Assembly (NCBI GenBank): GCA_963817895.1
Contig: CAWFQB010000003.1
Span: 256,001 to 320,000 of the forward strand
DNA from: an uncultured Chthonomonadaceae bacterium
GTDB lineage: Bacteria > Armatimonadota > Chthonomonadetes > Chthonomonadales > Chthonomonadaceae
Reading direction: 5' to 3'
Length of the DNA: 64,000 nt
Below, one piece after another: positions 9,726 to 19,977 of the stretch. The position numbers were made by a program, and so were the translations under genes. The first letter of the stretch is position 1. Each line of letters begins with the position of its first letter. The notes below the pieces were generated by a model. That model was not told the origin of the DNA and did no database searches. It saw only the letters and a list, made by a program, of their open reading frames with translations.

Positions 9726-11546
9726 ATGAACGCCAAATCCTGGTGGACACAGACGGTACACAACAAACTCATTGCGCTGATACTGGCAATGGTCGTTCTT
9801 GTGCCGTTAGTTGCCGCCCCTGCCGGCAATAATATGCGCGGCCTGGCCGCTCTCACTTTCGAGAGCCTGGGCGTCGCGCTGCTGGCAACCCTGCTCTGGC
9901 GAACCGATTGGAACCTCAATCGCGCCAAAATTCGAGAGTTTTTCACGACGGGAGCGAACCTGCCCATCCTGCTATTCCTGGGGCTGGCAATCGTTTCGTG
10001 CGTGTTATCGCCCCACAAACAGTACAGCGAACAGGAGCTGCTCCGCATCGGAACTGGCATCTTGCTGTATTTCGCCGTCGCGTATGAGTTTCGCCGCTCG
10101 GAACAACTCGCCCGCATGGTGGACGCGCTGATGGTTGTTACCATCGGCATTTCGCTGCTTGGCTTCGCGCAGTACGCGAGCAGCCATTCGTTCCACGATG
10201 TCAGCGTGTTCGGCGACCACCAGTTGCTCGGCTCGTTCCTGATGATTTTGCTGCCGCTCGTGGGCATCATGGCGGTGAGCGAAAAGAACCCCAATCGCCA
10301 GTTGCTGGCGCAGGCCGCCACTGTCATGGCCGCCACCTGCCTGCTGATGACGCAGGCGCGCAGCGCGTGGATCGGAACCGCAGCCGGCCTGTCGCTGCTC
10401 GGCGTGACGGCAAGCGTGTTGGCGATGCGCGATAAAAATTCGCGGCGCAACCGGCATCAGGTGGTAATGCCCATCCTGCTGCTCGTGATAGCCGTCGGGT
10501 TTTTCCTGCTGATGTTTCCGCAAACCGGCGTCCTCATCGGACGCGCCACCACGCTGCAAAGCGCGAATGAGGTGAGTACCTGGAACATCCGGCAGCGGAC
10601 ATGGCAGGGCGCGCGGCAGATGATCGCCGCCCGTCCCCTGAGCGGTTTCGGCCTGGGATTGTATCCCTATTACCAGCAGGAGTATACGCGCGACGGCCTG
10701 CCCGTTGCCCGAATGAACGGCGTCCCCTCCCTGGGCGAACAGGCGCATAACACGTACCTGCAAACCGCCGCCGAACTGGGAATTCCCGGCCTGCTGCTGA
10801 TGGCGGCGATTCCCGTTGTGTTTCTAATCGCCGGTTTCCGGCGCGTGGGACAACTGGAACCGGGAACGCGCCGCAGCCTGCTGATGGGGTCTATGGCCGG
10901 AGTGGTGGCGTTCGCCGTTGATGCGTATGCCAGTCCCTCGTGGCAGGTGGGCCAGATTTCCATGTTCTTCTGGCTGACGATGGGTATTGGCGTTGCCGGC
11001 CTGCGACCGCAGGCGCGTCCGCGCAAAGAGATGACGGCAGGAGTCAGTATCGCCGCGCTGCGAACCCGGACGGTGGAAACCGTTCGGGAATCCGGGCCGC
11101 CCACCTGGTTTCCCCGCGTCGCGCGTCCCGCAGGCGTTCTGGCCGCTCTGACGCTGATTCTGCTGCTGCCGACATTCGCGTTCGCGGTGGGAGACTTGTA
11201 TGCCACGCCCACATCCATTTCCATTACGCCGTCCAACGCCACCATTCGCGGCGGCGGCGCTCAGTCCTTCACTGTGACTGTCAACTATAGCGATGGGCAG
11301 ACGCGCGATGTCACAGTGGATCACGGCACAGGCCCCGGAACGGATAGCACGGTCATCACGGAAACCAATGGGGCGGGCTTTATGACCGGGCCGAACAACC
11401 GCGTGTATCAGAGTAAATCCCGCGAACGGGATGTTGTGACCATCAAAGCGGTATATACGCAACAGGCGGACACGAGCTACACCAATCCGCCGCAGAAGGA
11501 TGGTTCTATCATTGGCACGACAACCCTGAACGTTACCTTCCCGTAA
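9726..11546 (+). CDS. O-antigen ligase/Wzy_C family membrane protein with C-terminal Ig-like domain
   Basis: TQARSAWIG, PLSGFGLG and QAHNTYLQTAAELGIPG motifs; beta-rich tail TPTSISITPSNATI...VNYSDGQTRDVT; RBS GAAAGGA. Confidence 0.85.
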   Translation: MNAKSWWTQTVHNKLIALILAMVVLVPLVAAPAGNNMRGLAALTFESLGVALLATLLWRTDWNLNRAKIREFFTTGANLPILLFLGLAIVSCVLSPHKQYSEQELLRIGTGILLYFAVAYEFRRSEQLARMVDALMVVTIGISLLGFAQYASSHSFHDVSVFGDHQLLGSFLMILLPLVGIMAVSEKNPNRQLLAQAATVMAATCLLMTQARSAWIGTAAGLSLLGVTASVLAMRDKNSRRNRHQVVMPILLLVIAVGFFLLMFPQTGVLIGRATTLQSANEVSTWNIRQRTWQGARQMIAARPLSGFGLGLYPYYQQEYTRDGLPVARMNGVPSLGEQAHNTYLQTAAELGIPGLLLMAAIPVVFLIAGFRRVGQLEPGTRRSLLMGSMAGVVAFAVDAYASPSWQVGQISMFFWLTMGIGVAGLRPQARPRKEMTAGVSIAALRTRTVETVRESGPPTWFPRVARPAGVLAALTLILLLPTFAFAVGDLYATPTSISITPSNATIRGGGAQSFTVTVNYSDGQTRDVTVDHGTGPGTDSTVITETNGAGFMTGPNNRVYQSKSRERDVVTIKAVYTQQADTSYTNPPQKDGSIIGTTTLNVTFP

Positions 11547-11728
11547 GCCGCGTTTTCCGGCAGGTTTTCGCAATCCCGGAACCCCGTTCCGCTAAGATTG
11601 CCCGACCGCGCGGCGGCAGCATTTGTCGCCGCGCCCACTTTTGAAACGGCGTCCATCGGCAGTATTATGAGACGCATACTGTCTACTCATGCAGGGTGAT
11701 TTCAATCACACGCCGCTGAGGAAGGATA

Positions 11729-12466
11729 ATGTCCATGAAACGATTACTTCTGCTCGCCGCTGCGGGCAGCCTGATAGCGTTGCTGTCTACCAGCGCAAAC
11801 GCGCAGGATTTATTCGATTTTGAAAACGTGAGGGCGATTCCGTCGGACCCCATCACCGCATTTCCCGTTGTGATGGCGGAGGGAGCTTCGATTCGCACAC
11901 TCACGCTGACCCAATCCGGTCTGACGGCGCTTCCGTCGAATACGTCGGGCTTCACATTCCTTGACAACAACTCGGGTGGCGTGGTTGCCTTCGGCAACAA
12001 TCTGAGCAATATTGTGGTCGGCAATGCGGGCGACAGGCAAAACACGCTGGAAACGCTCACGCTCACCTTCGACCAAGCTGTGTCGGGACTGACGTTTCAG
12101 TTCGTAACGTTCCCCGCGGGTTTTGGCGTACCTATCGAATTGAACGCCTCTACCGATTCGGGATTGTCCTTCAGCAGCACAGGAGTTCCCAACGGTACAT
12201 CAGGCAATGGCGAAGGCAGCATAACGTTGTCGGGCGGGCTGTTTACCATCGTCACCCTGTCGCTCAACACAACTCCCCAGATGGGTGGCACAGGCGCGGT
12301 GGGCGGCGACACGTTCCTCGTGGATAACTTCCTGGTCACGCCGTCCGTTATCTCGCAGGTTCCCGAACCTGGAAGCGTTGCCATGCTACTTGGCATGGGT
12401 CTGCCGGTTGCCTGGGGACTGCGGCGTCAATCGCGGCAAAAACGAAACGTGGGAACCGGGGCGTGA
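11729..12466 (+). CDS. PEP-CTERM surface protein
   Basis: Signal peptide ending ANA, Ser/Thr/Gly-rich beta domain, VPEPGSVAMLLGMG-TM-RRQSR. Confidence 0.92.
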   Translation: MSMKRLLLLAAAGSLIALLSTSANAQDLFDFENVRAIPSDPITAFPVVMAEGASIRTLTLTQSGLTALPSNTSGFTFLDNNSGGVVAFGNNLSNIVVGNAGDRQNTLETLTLTFDQAVSGLTFQFVTFPAGFGVPIELNASTDSGLSFSSTGVPNGTSGNGEGSITLSGGLFTIVTLSLNTTPQMGGTGAVGGDTFLVDNFLVTPSVISQVPEPGSVAMLLGMGLPVAWGLRRQSRQKRNVGTGA

Positions 12467-12527
12467 TCCGGGTGGTCGCGTATAAAAAACATCGCGCGTT
12501 TTATGTTGCCTGCCAAACCGTATCGCT

Positions 12528-13727
12528 ATGGCTGACTCCCAATCCTTAAAAGTGCTGATGATTTTGCATACGCCCTGGACACGCAACCTGGGCACCTCTC
12601 GCGTCAGCGTGGAAGTGGCGGAAGAGTTCGAGCGGATAGGGCTGGCCGTAGACAAATTCGACCTCAACGACGCGTTACCCCGGCGCTCGTATCTGAATAC
12701 AATTTTCGCCATGTCGTATTTTGCGCGCCGCGCCCGACAGCATGTGCGCAAACACGGTCACAAATACGATGTGATTCAAGCGGAGCAGGGCAGTTTGCCC
12801 TACAGCAAGCAGGACTTGAATTTTCAGGGACTGCTGGTGGCCCGCTCGAACGGCCTGGTGCATTTTCACGAGAAATGGGAGCGGGAAAACGAGCGTCCGC
12901 CCCGCAATCCGCTTCGCAAACTGGCAAGCCTCGCGCACAACGCCGAAACGGTCACGCGCAGTTTCAACATGGCGGATGCTGTCATTCTCATCAATCAGGA
13001 TGAGTATAACTATACGGCGCGCGAACTGGGCTTTGGTGACAAGGCGTATCTGTTTCACAATGGCCTGAGCCGGGAGCGAATGGCTGCGTTCGCCGCGCAG
13101 CGGACGCCGCCCGCGCAGCGGCTGCAAAATCAGCAGGTCGTCTTTATCGGCCACTGGAACCGGCGCAAGGGCGCGGAAGACCTTCCGCGCATTCTGCGAC
13201 AGATGCGGCAGACACGTCCGCAAACGCGCTTTCTGCTGCTCGGCACGGGCCACCACAGCCCGGAAGCGGTACGCGCCGGGTTTGCGCCGGCAGACCGGGC
13301 GTATGTGAAAGTTGTGCCTGAGTACGACTCCGATGAACTGCCGGGATTGCTGTCAGATGCAAGTGTGGGGGTTTTCCCCAGTTACATGGAGGGGTTCGGG
13401 ATCGGTGTGCTGGAAATGCTGGCGGCGGGCATCCCCACCCTGGCCTACGACGTGCCGGGACCGCGCGAGATGCTCGCCCGGTTTACGCCTCCGCTTCTCG
13501 TCAAAGCCGGGGATACGGACTGCATGGCGCAGCGACTGCTTGCCCTGCTCGCGCAGCCGTATGAAACGTATGCCGCACTTTCCAATCAGTCTTGCGACGT
13601 GGCCGCGCAGTTTCAATGGCAGCATACCGCCGCCGCTATGGTCGCTATGTACCGCGAACGTCTGGCAGGATTGAAGTCAGGCGAAACCCCCTCCGCTCGT
13701 TTTTCGGGCAACCGTCAAGAGCCATGA
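12528..13727 (+). CDS. GT4 glycosyltransferase
   Basis: RKG and PSYMEGFGIGVLEMLAAGIP. Confidence 0.9.
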   Translation: MADSQSLKVLMILHTPWTRNLGTSRVSVEVAEEFERIGLAVDKFDLNDALPRRSYLNTIFAMSYFARRARQHVRKHGHKYDVIQAEQGSLPYSKQDLNFQGLLVARSNGLVHFHEKWERENERPPRNPLRKLASLAHNAETVTRSFNMADAVILINQDEYNYTARELGFGDKAYLFHNGLSRERMAAFAAQRTPPAQRLQNQQVVFIGHWNRRKGAEDLPRILRQMRQTRPQTRFLLLGTGHHSPEAVRAGFAPADRAYVKVVPEYDSDELPGLLSDASVGVFPSYMEGFGIGVLEMLAAGIPTLAYDVPGPREMLARFTPPLLVKAGDTDCMAQRLLALLAQPYETYAALSNQSCDVAAQFQWQHTAAAMVAMYRERLAGLKSGETPSARFSGNRQEP

Positions 13728-14392
13728 TGCAGTCGCCGCCTAAAATCGCTTATGGAGCCATCAATCAGGCTGTTCTGGCGCGCGTTCCCCCGACCTGCAA
13801 ACGCCTGCTGGACGTAGGCTGTGGAACCGGGGCGTTGGGACACGCGATCAAGCAGGCCACCGCCTGTGAAATCGTCGGCCTTACCTACTCGGAAGAGGAA
13901 GCCGCTTCTGCCCGGACGCGACTGGAAACGGTTTTCGTCTGCGATCTGAACACCTGTGACTTTGAAGACATGGGAATGTTTGACTGCATTGTATGCAGCC
14001 ATGTGTTGGAGCATCTTTATCAGCCGGAGCGCGTCCTGAAGAAACTGCGCCCGTTATTAACTCCGCGCGGAGTCCTGATTGTCGCTTTGCCCAATATCGT
14101 CCACTGGCGGCAGCGCCTGCAGTTTTTGCGGGGCCGATTTCGCTACACCGATGGCGGCCTGATGGATAGTACGCATTTCCGCTTTTTCGACCGCGAAACG
14201 GCCCTGGAACTGGTACAGGGCGCGGGCTTCGAGATTGTCGAGCGTGTTGCCGACGGGTATTTCCCCCTGCCGGGGCTGCGAACCCTCTTCCGCTCTCTTG
14301 CGCCGAAACTGGATGCGGCCGCGACTAGAGTGCGTCCCGGCCTGTTCGGGTGGCAGTTCATTCTGGTTGCCCGCTCCGCTTCGACTATGTGA
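13724..14392 (+). CDS. Class I SAM-dependent methyltransferase
   Basis: LLDVGCGTG, FDCIVCSHVLEHL, PN...GLMDSTHFRFF. Confidence 0.9.
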   Translation: MMQSPPKIAYGAINQAVLARVPPTCKRLLDVGCGTGALGHAIKQATACEIVGLTYSEEEAASARTRLETVFVCDLNTCDFEDMGMFDCIVCSHVLEHLYQPERVLKKLRPLLTPRGVLIVALPNIVHWRQRLQFLRGRFRYTDGGLMDSTHFRFFDRETALELVQGAGFEIVERVADGYFPLPGLRTLFRSLAPKLDAAATRVRPGLFGWQFILVARSASTM

Positions 14393-14408
14393 GTTCGCCT
14401 GCTTGAGA

Positions 14409-15392
14409 ATGGTTGACCCTATGGCCGCCCGGAGAGTTACGGTTTCCATTCTGATTCCCACATACAACCGCGCCTCTTATCTGCGCGACGCCATTGGCAG
14501 CGCCCTGGCGCAAACCTGCGCGGATATCGAAGTGGTTGTACTGGACGACGCGAGTACCGATGCGACGCAGGCTGTCGTGGCCGCGTTTGCCGATGAGCCG
14601 CGTTTGCGCTATGTCCGTCATGCGCGTAATGTGGGCATCGCCGACAACTGGCGCGCGGGTATAGCGTCCTGCGCGGGCGAGTTTTTCTGCCTGCTGCATG
14701 ATGATGACACGCTGGAACCGGAGTTTGTCTCTCTCCTGCTTCCTCCACTTCAGGCGGATGCCGATCTCGTTTTAGCCTTCAGCGATCACTGGTGTATGGA
14801 TGCGCAGGCGCGGCGTCTGCCCGAATCTACGGAAGCGGCGCGGAAACGATTCGGGCGTGACCGGCTTGCGCCCGGACAACTAACCGATTTCGCGCGGACG
14901 GCTCTGGTGGATGCCGGCATACCTGTCGGGGCCACGCTGTTTCGGCGCGCGATGGTAACGCCGGACATGATTGACGCGCGGGCGCGGGGCAGCATTGATA
15001 TGTGGCTCCTGTATGGCTGCTGGCAGACAGGCAAAGGCGCGTATTATGTGCCGTCGCGTCTGATGAATTACCGCGAACACAGCGGCGGCATGAGCGGCAG
15101 CCAGCCCCTGTATATGGCGGAGGGCCATCTATTTCGCTATGCGCAGATGCTCAACGATCCGGGGTTGCGCGGGATTTATGCCGACCTGAAGGGTTTGCGG
15201 GCGCGAATGTTGCGCGATTACGGAATTGGGCTGATGGCTGTGGGGCGCATTGCGGAGAGCCGCGCCGCGCTGCGGGAAAGCCTGCGCCTGCAATTTGAGC
15301 GCCGCGCTCTGATGGCCTATACCCTGAGCCGGCTGGGGCGTTCCGGCAAGTTCCTTGCGGAACAGGCGCGGCGACGAGCCGACCGTACATAG
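14409..15392 (+). CDS. GT2 glycosyltransferase
   Basis: VSILIPTYNR, DDASTD, LHDDD (DxD). Confidence 0.92.
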   Translation: MVDPMAARRVTVSILIPTYNRASYLRDAIGSALAQTCADIEVVVLDDASTDATQAVVAAFADEPRLRYVRHARNVGIADNWRAGIASCAGEFFCLLHDDDTLEPEFVSLLLPPLQADADLVLAFSDHWCMDAQARRLPESTEAARKRFGRDRLAPGQLTDFARTALVDAGIPVGATLFRRAMVTPDMIDARARGSIDMWLLYGCWQTGKGAYYVPSRLMNYREHSGGMSGSQPLYMAEGHLFRYAQMLNDPGLRGIYADLKGLRARMLRDYGIGLMAVGRIAESRAALRESLRLQFERRALMAYTLSRLGRSGKFLAEQARRRADRT

Positions 15393-15479
15393 CAGAACGC
15401 CAAACCGGTACGAGGCATGGCGGCTCGAGCGCGGAGAAAACGGTACGAGAAAATAGATTTGAAAATCAGGAGGCTAAAG

Positions 15480-16654
15480 ATGCTAACCCAATCTGCCGAT
15501 TCTGCTGCCTCCCCAAGAGCTTCATATCTGGACGCTTACCGGGGCATTGCCTGTCTGATGGTATGTTTCTATCATTCGGCAACAAACTTTCGTCTTCTTA
15601 ACCTGACTATTTGGGGCTTTACGGGCGTCCATCTGTTTTTCACTATCAGCGGCTACTTGATTTTCCAGCCATTCTTAAAATCCCTGCTGAATTCGGAGCC
15701 ATTGCCTGCCACGCTGCCGTTTTATCGGAATCGCTTCGTTCGCATTATGCCGCCTTATCTTGTCGCCCTGCTGTTCTATACCGGGCTGCGGTACGCCACC
15801 CATATCAATATTCCCTCCCCGCAGAATATTCTTATGCACATCTTCCTGATTTTTAACTATTATTCAGAGAAAGATTTCTTCAGTATCAACCCTGTTCTGT
15901 GGAGTCTTGCGATTGAAGCGCAATTCTATCTGATCCTGCCCCTGTGCGTGTATCTTGTGTACAGAATTTTAAACGGTTTAGGGTTTCACCGGACAAGATG
16001 GTGACGGTACTTCTAACCCTGTTCTTTATCACAGGCATTACATCTCGCGGGCTGGAATTCAGCCATTTTTACCATGCGCGTTCCGCTTCCGCTTCTGTAC
16101 TCAAGTTCCGCAGCATCTTCTCGTTTCTTGATATGTTCAGTATTGGGATGGCAATCGCGTATCTGGAAAGGCAAGGAGCGTTGAAAAGGCTCATTCAGCA
16201 AGTTCCGGCGTTTGTTCCCTTGCTGATGGGCGGCTTTCTGCTGGCAATCGCTAATATCTGGTGTACACTTCTCTCGCCTGGCGAATGGATGACCTCAAAT
16301 AATCTTGCGTACACTCTGTTTTTCTCGCCGCTTATCTGCGCCGGTTTTGGGCTTTTCCTGTTGACGAACATTTTTTACAAAGAGACGCGGCGCAGCATCT
16401 TCAATACATATCCGCTTGCATCCATTGGTTTGATTTCTTACAGTGTTTATTTGTATCATATCGGCGTACAGTTTGTGGTTTTCAGCCGTCTGCATCTCGA
16501 CAGGTATATCGCTAACTGGTCCCTTGTGGCTTTCCTGAATGGACTTATCTCCCTGCCGTTTGTTTTACTAGTATCCTATATGATGTACTTTCTGGTCGAA
16601 AAACCCTCCCTTCGGTGGCTCAATCGCAGGAGAGTCGCCATGGTTCCACAATGA
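15480..16654 (+). CDS. Acyltransferase family 3 (OafA-like; frameshift near 15990)
   Basis: LDAYRGIA, GVHLFFTISGYLI, RFVRIMPPY, WSLAIEAQFY; second frame has GLISYSVYLYH and SY..VEKP. Confidence 0.9.
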
Positions 16655-17802
16655 AACTGCACATCATTGCGCCTGCGTTGCCCCCCCTTCTGGATGGCAT
16701 CGGCGATTACACCGCCGCGCTGGCCGCGCAACTTGTTTCCCAGGCGCAATGCGACGTGACTATCCTGACCGGATCGGATTTTGAGCCTGCGCCTATTCCG
16801 GGCGCGCGTATTGTGCCGACATTTCGATATGAGGAGCCGGCAAGCGTGGCCCACATTCGGAAGCAGGTGATTGCCGGTCACCCGGATTGGCTGCTGCTGC
16901 AATACAATCCGTTCGCTTATGGCAAGTGGGGGTTGAACCTGCATCTGCCCCGCGTCCTGCGCGATGTAAAACGGGAATGTTCCGCCCTGCGTCTGGCGGT
17001 GATGTGCCATGAAGCGTTTGTGCCTGTCATAAGCTGGAAGTTTGCCGTAATGACAACCTGGCAGCGGACGCAGTTATGGCAGTTGGGGCAGGCTGCCGAC
17101 GCGGTGTTTTTTTCCATTCAGCCCTGGGCGCAGCGGTATCGCTCGTGGTTTCCCCACACGCCGGTCGCGCATCTGCCGGTCGGTTCCAACATCGCGTGCG
17201 TGGCGATGAGCCGAGAAGAAGCGCGAAATCGCCTGGGATTTACGGACGATGATTTCGTGGTGGGCTTGTTCGGTACAGCCCATGCTTCCCGAATGTTGCC
17301 GCTGATGGGGGACACGCTACGCGCGCTGACGGCAGCCGGACACAAAGTAACGCTGCTTTATATCGGGCCAAATGAGCAGGAAATTCGCTTGCATGCGGGC
17401 GGGGCGCGGGTGTACGCGGAGGGCGCGTTGCCTGCCGAAGAGGTGTCGCGTCGATTCGCCGCGATGGATATGTATCTGGCTCCCTTTCTGGACGGCGTTT
17501 CTACCCGGCGCACATCGGTAATGACCGCTTTGCAGCATGGCATCGCAATCGTGGGAAATCGGGGCGTGTGGACGGATGATCTGTTGCTTGCCGAAAACGG
17601 CAAGGCGTTTGTGTTGTGCGACATGCGGCAGGAGGGCGCGTTTCAGGCGCAGGCTCTACGAATAGCCGGGGATACAGACCTGCGCGCTCGATTGGGAAGC
17701 GGCGCGGCGGAACTGTTCGCGCGCGAGTTCACTTGGGAACGAATTGCCAGCCGATTGATGAACGCGCTTTCTGAGGCGAAGCAAGCCGATGCGCGGTTTT
17801 GA
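16651..17802 (+). CDS. GT4-like glycosyltransferase
   Basis: DGIGDYT, HE, PVGSNI, PFLDGVSTRRTSVMTALQHG. Confidence 0.85.
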   Translation: MKLHIIAPALPPLLDGIGDYTAALAAQLVSQAQCDVTILTGSDFEPAPIPGARIVPTFRYEEPASVAHIRKQVIAGHPDWLLLQYNPFAYGKWGLNLHLPRVLRDVKRECSALRLAVMCHEAFVPVISWKFAVMTTWQRTQLWQLGQAADAVFFSIQPWAQRYRSWFPHTPVAHLPVGSNIACVAMSREEARNRLGFTDDDFVVGLFGTAHASRMLPLMGDTLRALTAAGHKVTLLYIGPNEQEIRLHAGGARVYAEGALPAEEVSRRFAAMDMYLAPFLDGVSTRRTSVMTALQHGIAIVGNRGVWTDDLLLAENGKAFVLCDMRQEGAFQAQALRIAGDTDLRARLGSGAAELFAREFTWERIASRLMNALSEAKQADARF

Positions 17803-17851
17803 AACCGCGCATCCGACAGGGAAAACTAGCCTTGATTGCCCGTAAGACTCT

Positions 17852-18689
17852 ATGGAATTGTCTTTGATGCAGCAGCAAACACTCAAAAACAACTTCAAAG
17901 CGTTTCTGCTGCGGATTGCGCCTGGGCTTGCTGAGCAATTGCGAACCGCCTGGCAGAAGCGTCACGCGCGCCGCTTTGAAAGCCGTTTGGGATTGCCCAG
18001 TCTGGCGCGGGAATTTACGGCGCGACACGGGTTCACCATTTTCAGTGGCCCCTTTGCGGGCATGGCGTATGTGGCGCGAGCCGTCGGCAGCGCCGTTGTT
18101 CCCAAACTGGTCGGTTCCTATGAGCAGGAACTGCATGGCGTCCTTGCCGACATCGCGCAAACCCCGTACATGGTTGTTGTGGATGTGGGCTGCGCGGAAG
18201 GTTATTACGCGGTCGGACTGGCCGCGCGCGCAGGTGTATGCTTTCGATCTGGATCGGGAAGCGCTGCGGCTATGCGGGGACATCGCGGATGCCAACGGCG
18301 TGTCGGCGCGGACGCATATCGCGGGCAGGTGCGATCCGACAATTTTGAACTCCCTTTTGAAAGGGCGCGCGCTTGTGGTTTCGGATTGTGAGGGGTATGA
18401 GCGGACCTGCTGGATTTGGAGCGCGCTCCCGGTTTGCGATACGCCGATATGTTGGTGGAACTGCATGATGCCGTCAATCCCGGTCTGACAGCGGAACTGC
18501 TTGCGCGTTTTGCGTCCACGCATGACGCGCAAATAATTGACAGTACGCCTCGTAACGGCTGCGATTACGCCTGTCTTGGAGTTTTTGACCATCGAAAAGC
18601 GGCATCTGGCGGTGAGTGAATTTCGACATCCAGGCCAGCAATGGGCCTTCTTTCGGGCAAAACAGATAGCGTGGCAGGAGGGCGCGTAA
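17852..18689 (+). CDS. SAM-dependent methyltransferase-like protein (several frameshifts)
   Basis: GPFAGMAY, PKLVGSYEQEL, VDVGCAEGYYAVGL, VSDCEGYE and LVELHD spread over three frames. Confidence 0.7.
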
Positions 18690-19804
18690 TGCCGCTGAAC
18701 ATCGTGGTCGTGATGCCCCTCGCCCGCATGAGCGGCGGGGCCGAGCGCGGCGTTGCTGGATTTATTTCGGGAAGGGCAGGACGGGAAGCACTGCTGGCAT
18801 GCGATTTTTCTGGAAGACGGGCCGATGGTTGCGGAGGCTCGCGGCCTGGGCGTGGAAACGCGGGTCATTCACGCGGGGCGGTTGCGCGAAATTGGGCGGA
18901 TGGGCGTATGCGTCGCGCGAATTGTTGCGCAGATTCGACGTTGGCGCGGCGATGTCGTGCTGGGATGGATGACGAAAGCGCACCTGTACAGTGGCCCCGC
19001 CGCCCGTCTGTCCGGCGTTCCCGCGCTGTGGTTTCAGCACGGCCTGCCGGACCCAACGAGCCGCCTGGACTGTCTGGCTGCGCGTCTGCCGACACGCGGC
19101 ATTCTGTGCTGCTCGAATTTTGTCGCCGACGCCCAGGCGCAATTACCGCCCCTGCGCCCGATGCGCGCAGCTCATCCTGGCGTAGATTTGTCGCGCTTTG
19201 ACCCGGATAAGTTGCCATCTCCCCTGGATACGAGGCAATCGCTTGGCCTGCCCTCAGACGGCCCTTTAATCGGTATTGTTGGGCGGCTTCAGCGCTGGAA
19301 GGGCATGCACACGCTGATTGCCGCTCTGCCCCTCCTGCTGCAAACTCGCCCCAACGCGCGCGTCGTTATTGTGGGCGGCCCGCACGATCTGGAGCCGGAT
19401 TATTCCGCGCAACTGAAAGCGCAAATCGCTGCAAGTGGCTTGCAGGAACGAGTAGTTGATGGCAGGCGCGCAAACCAATATTCCCGAATGGATGCAGGCG
19501 ATGGATGTCATGGTTCACGCCTCGGATCGGGAACCGTTCGGCATCGTGGTACTGGAAGCGATGGCGCTCGGCAAGCCGCTTGTCGCCGGGGCGGAGGGCG
19601 GGCCGCGCGAAATCATCACGGAGGGCGTGAACGGCCTGCTGACTCCCTATGATGATGCGCCCGCGCTGGCGCAGGCCATTGCGCGCTACCTGAACGATCC
19701 TGAATGGGCCGAAAGGTTGGAAATGCGGCGCAAATCGCGCCCACGAGTTTTCCACGGCGCGTTACGCGCAAAACGTTGTTGAAGCCGTGCAGTCACTCCT
19801 CTGA
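18689..19804 (+). CDS. GT4 glycosyltransferase (frameshifted)
   Basis: SGGAER, GRLQRWKG, EPFGIVVLEAMALGKP in successive frames. Confidence 0.85.
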
Positions 19805-19977
19805 GAAGCAGGATTGCATTTTATATCCGGAGTTAGATGCTGTTTGAAATGAATGTTGCGAACTGTTTGAGCGCACATCCTCTGGAAAGCCAAATCTCGC
19901 GAATTATCAGCAATTAACCCGGCGTTCGGCACGTAAAGGTTCACAATATCCGAGGATCGATAACGTCTTGGACGCGC

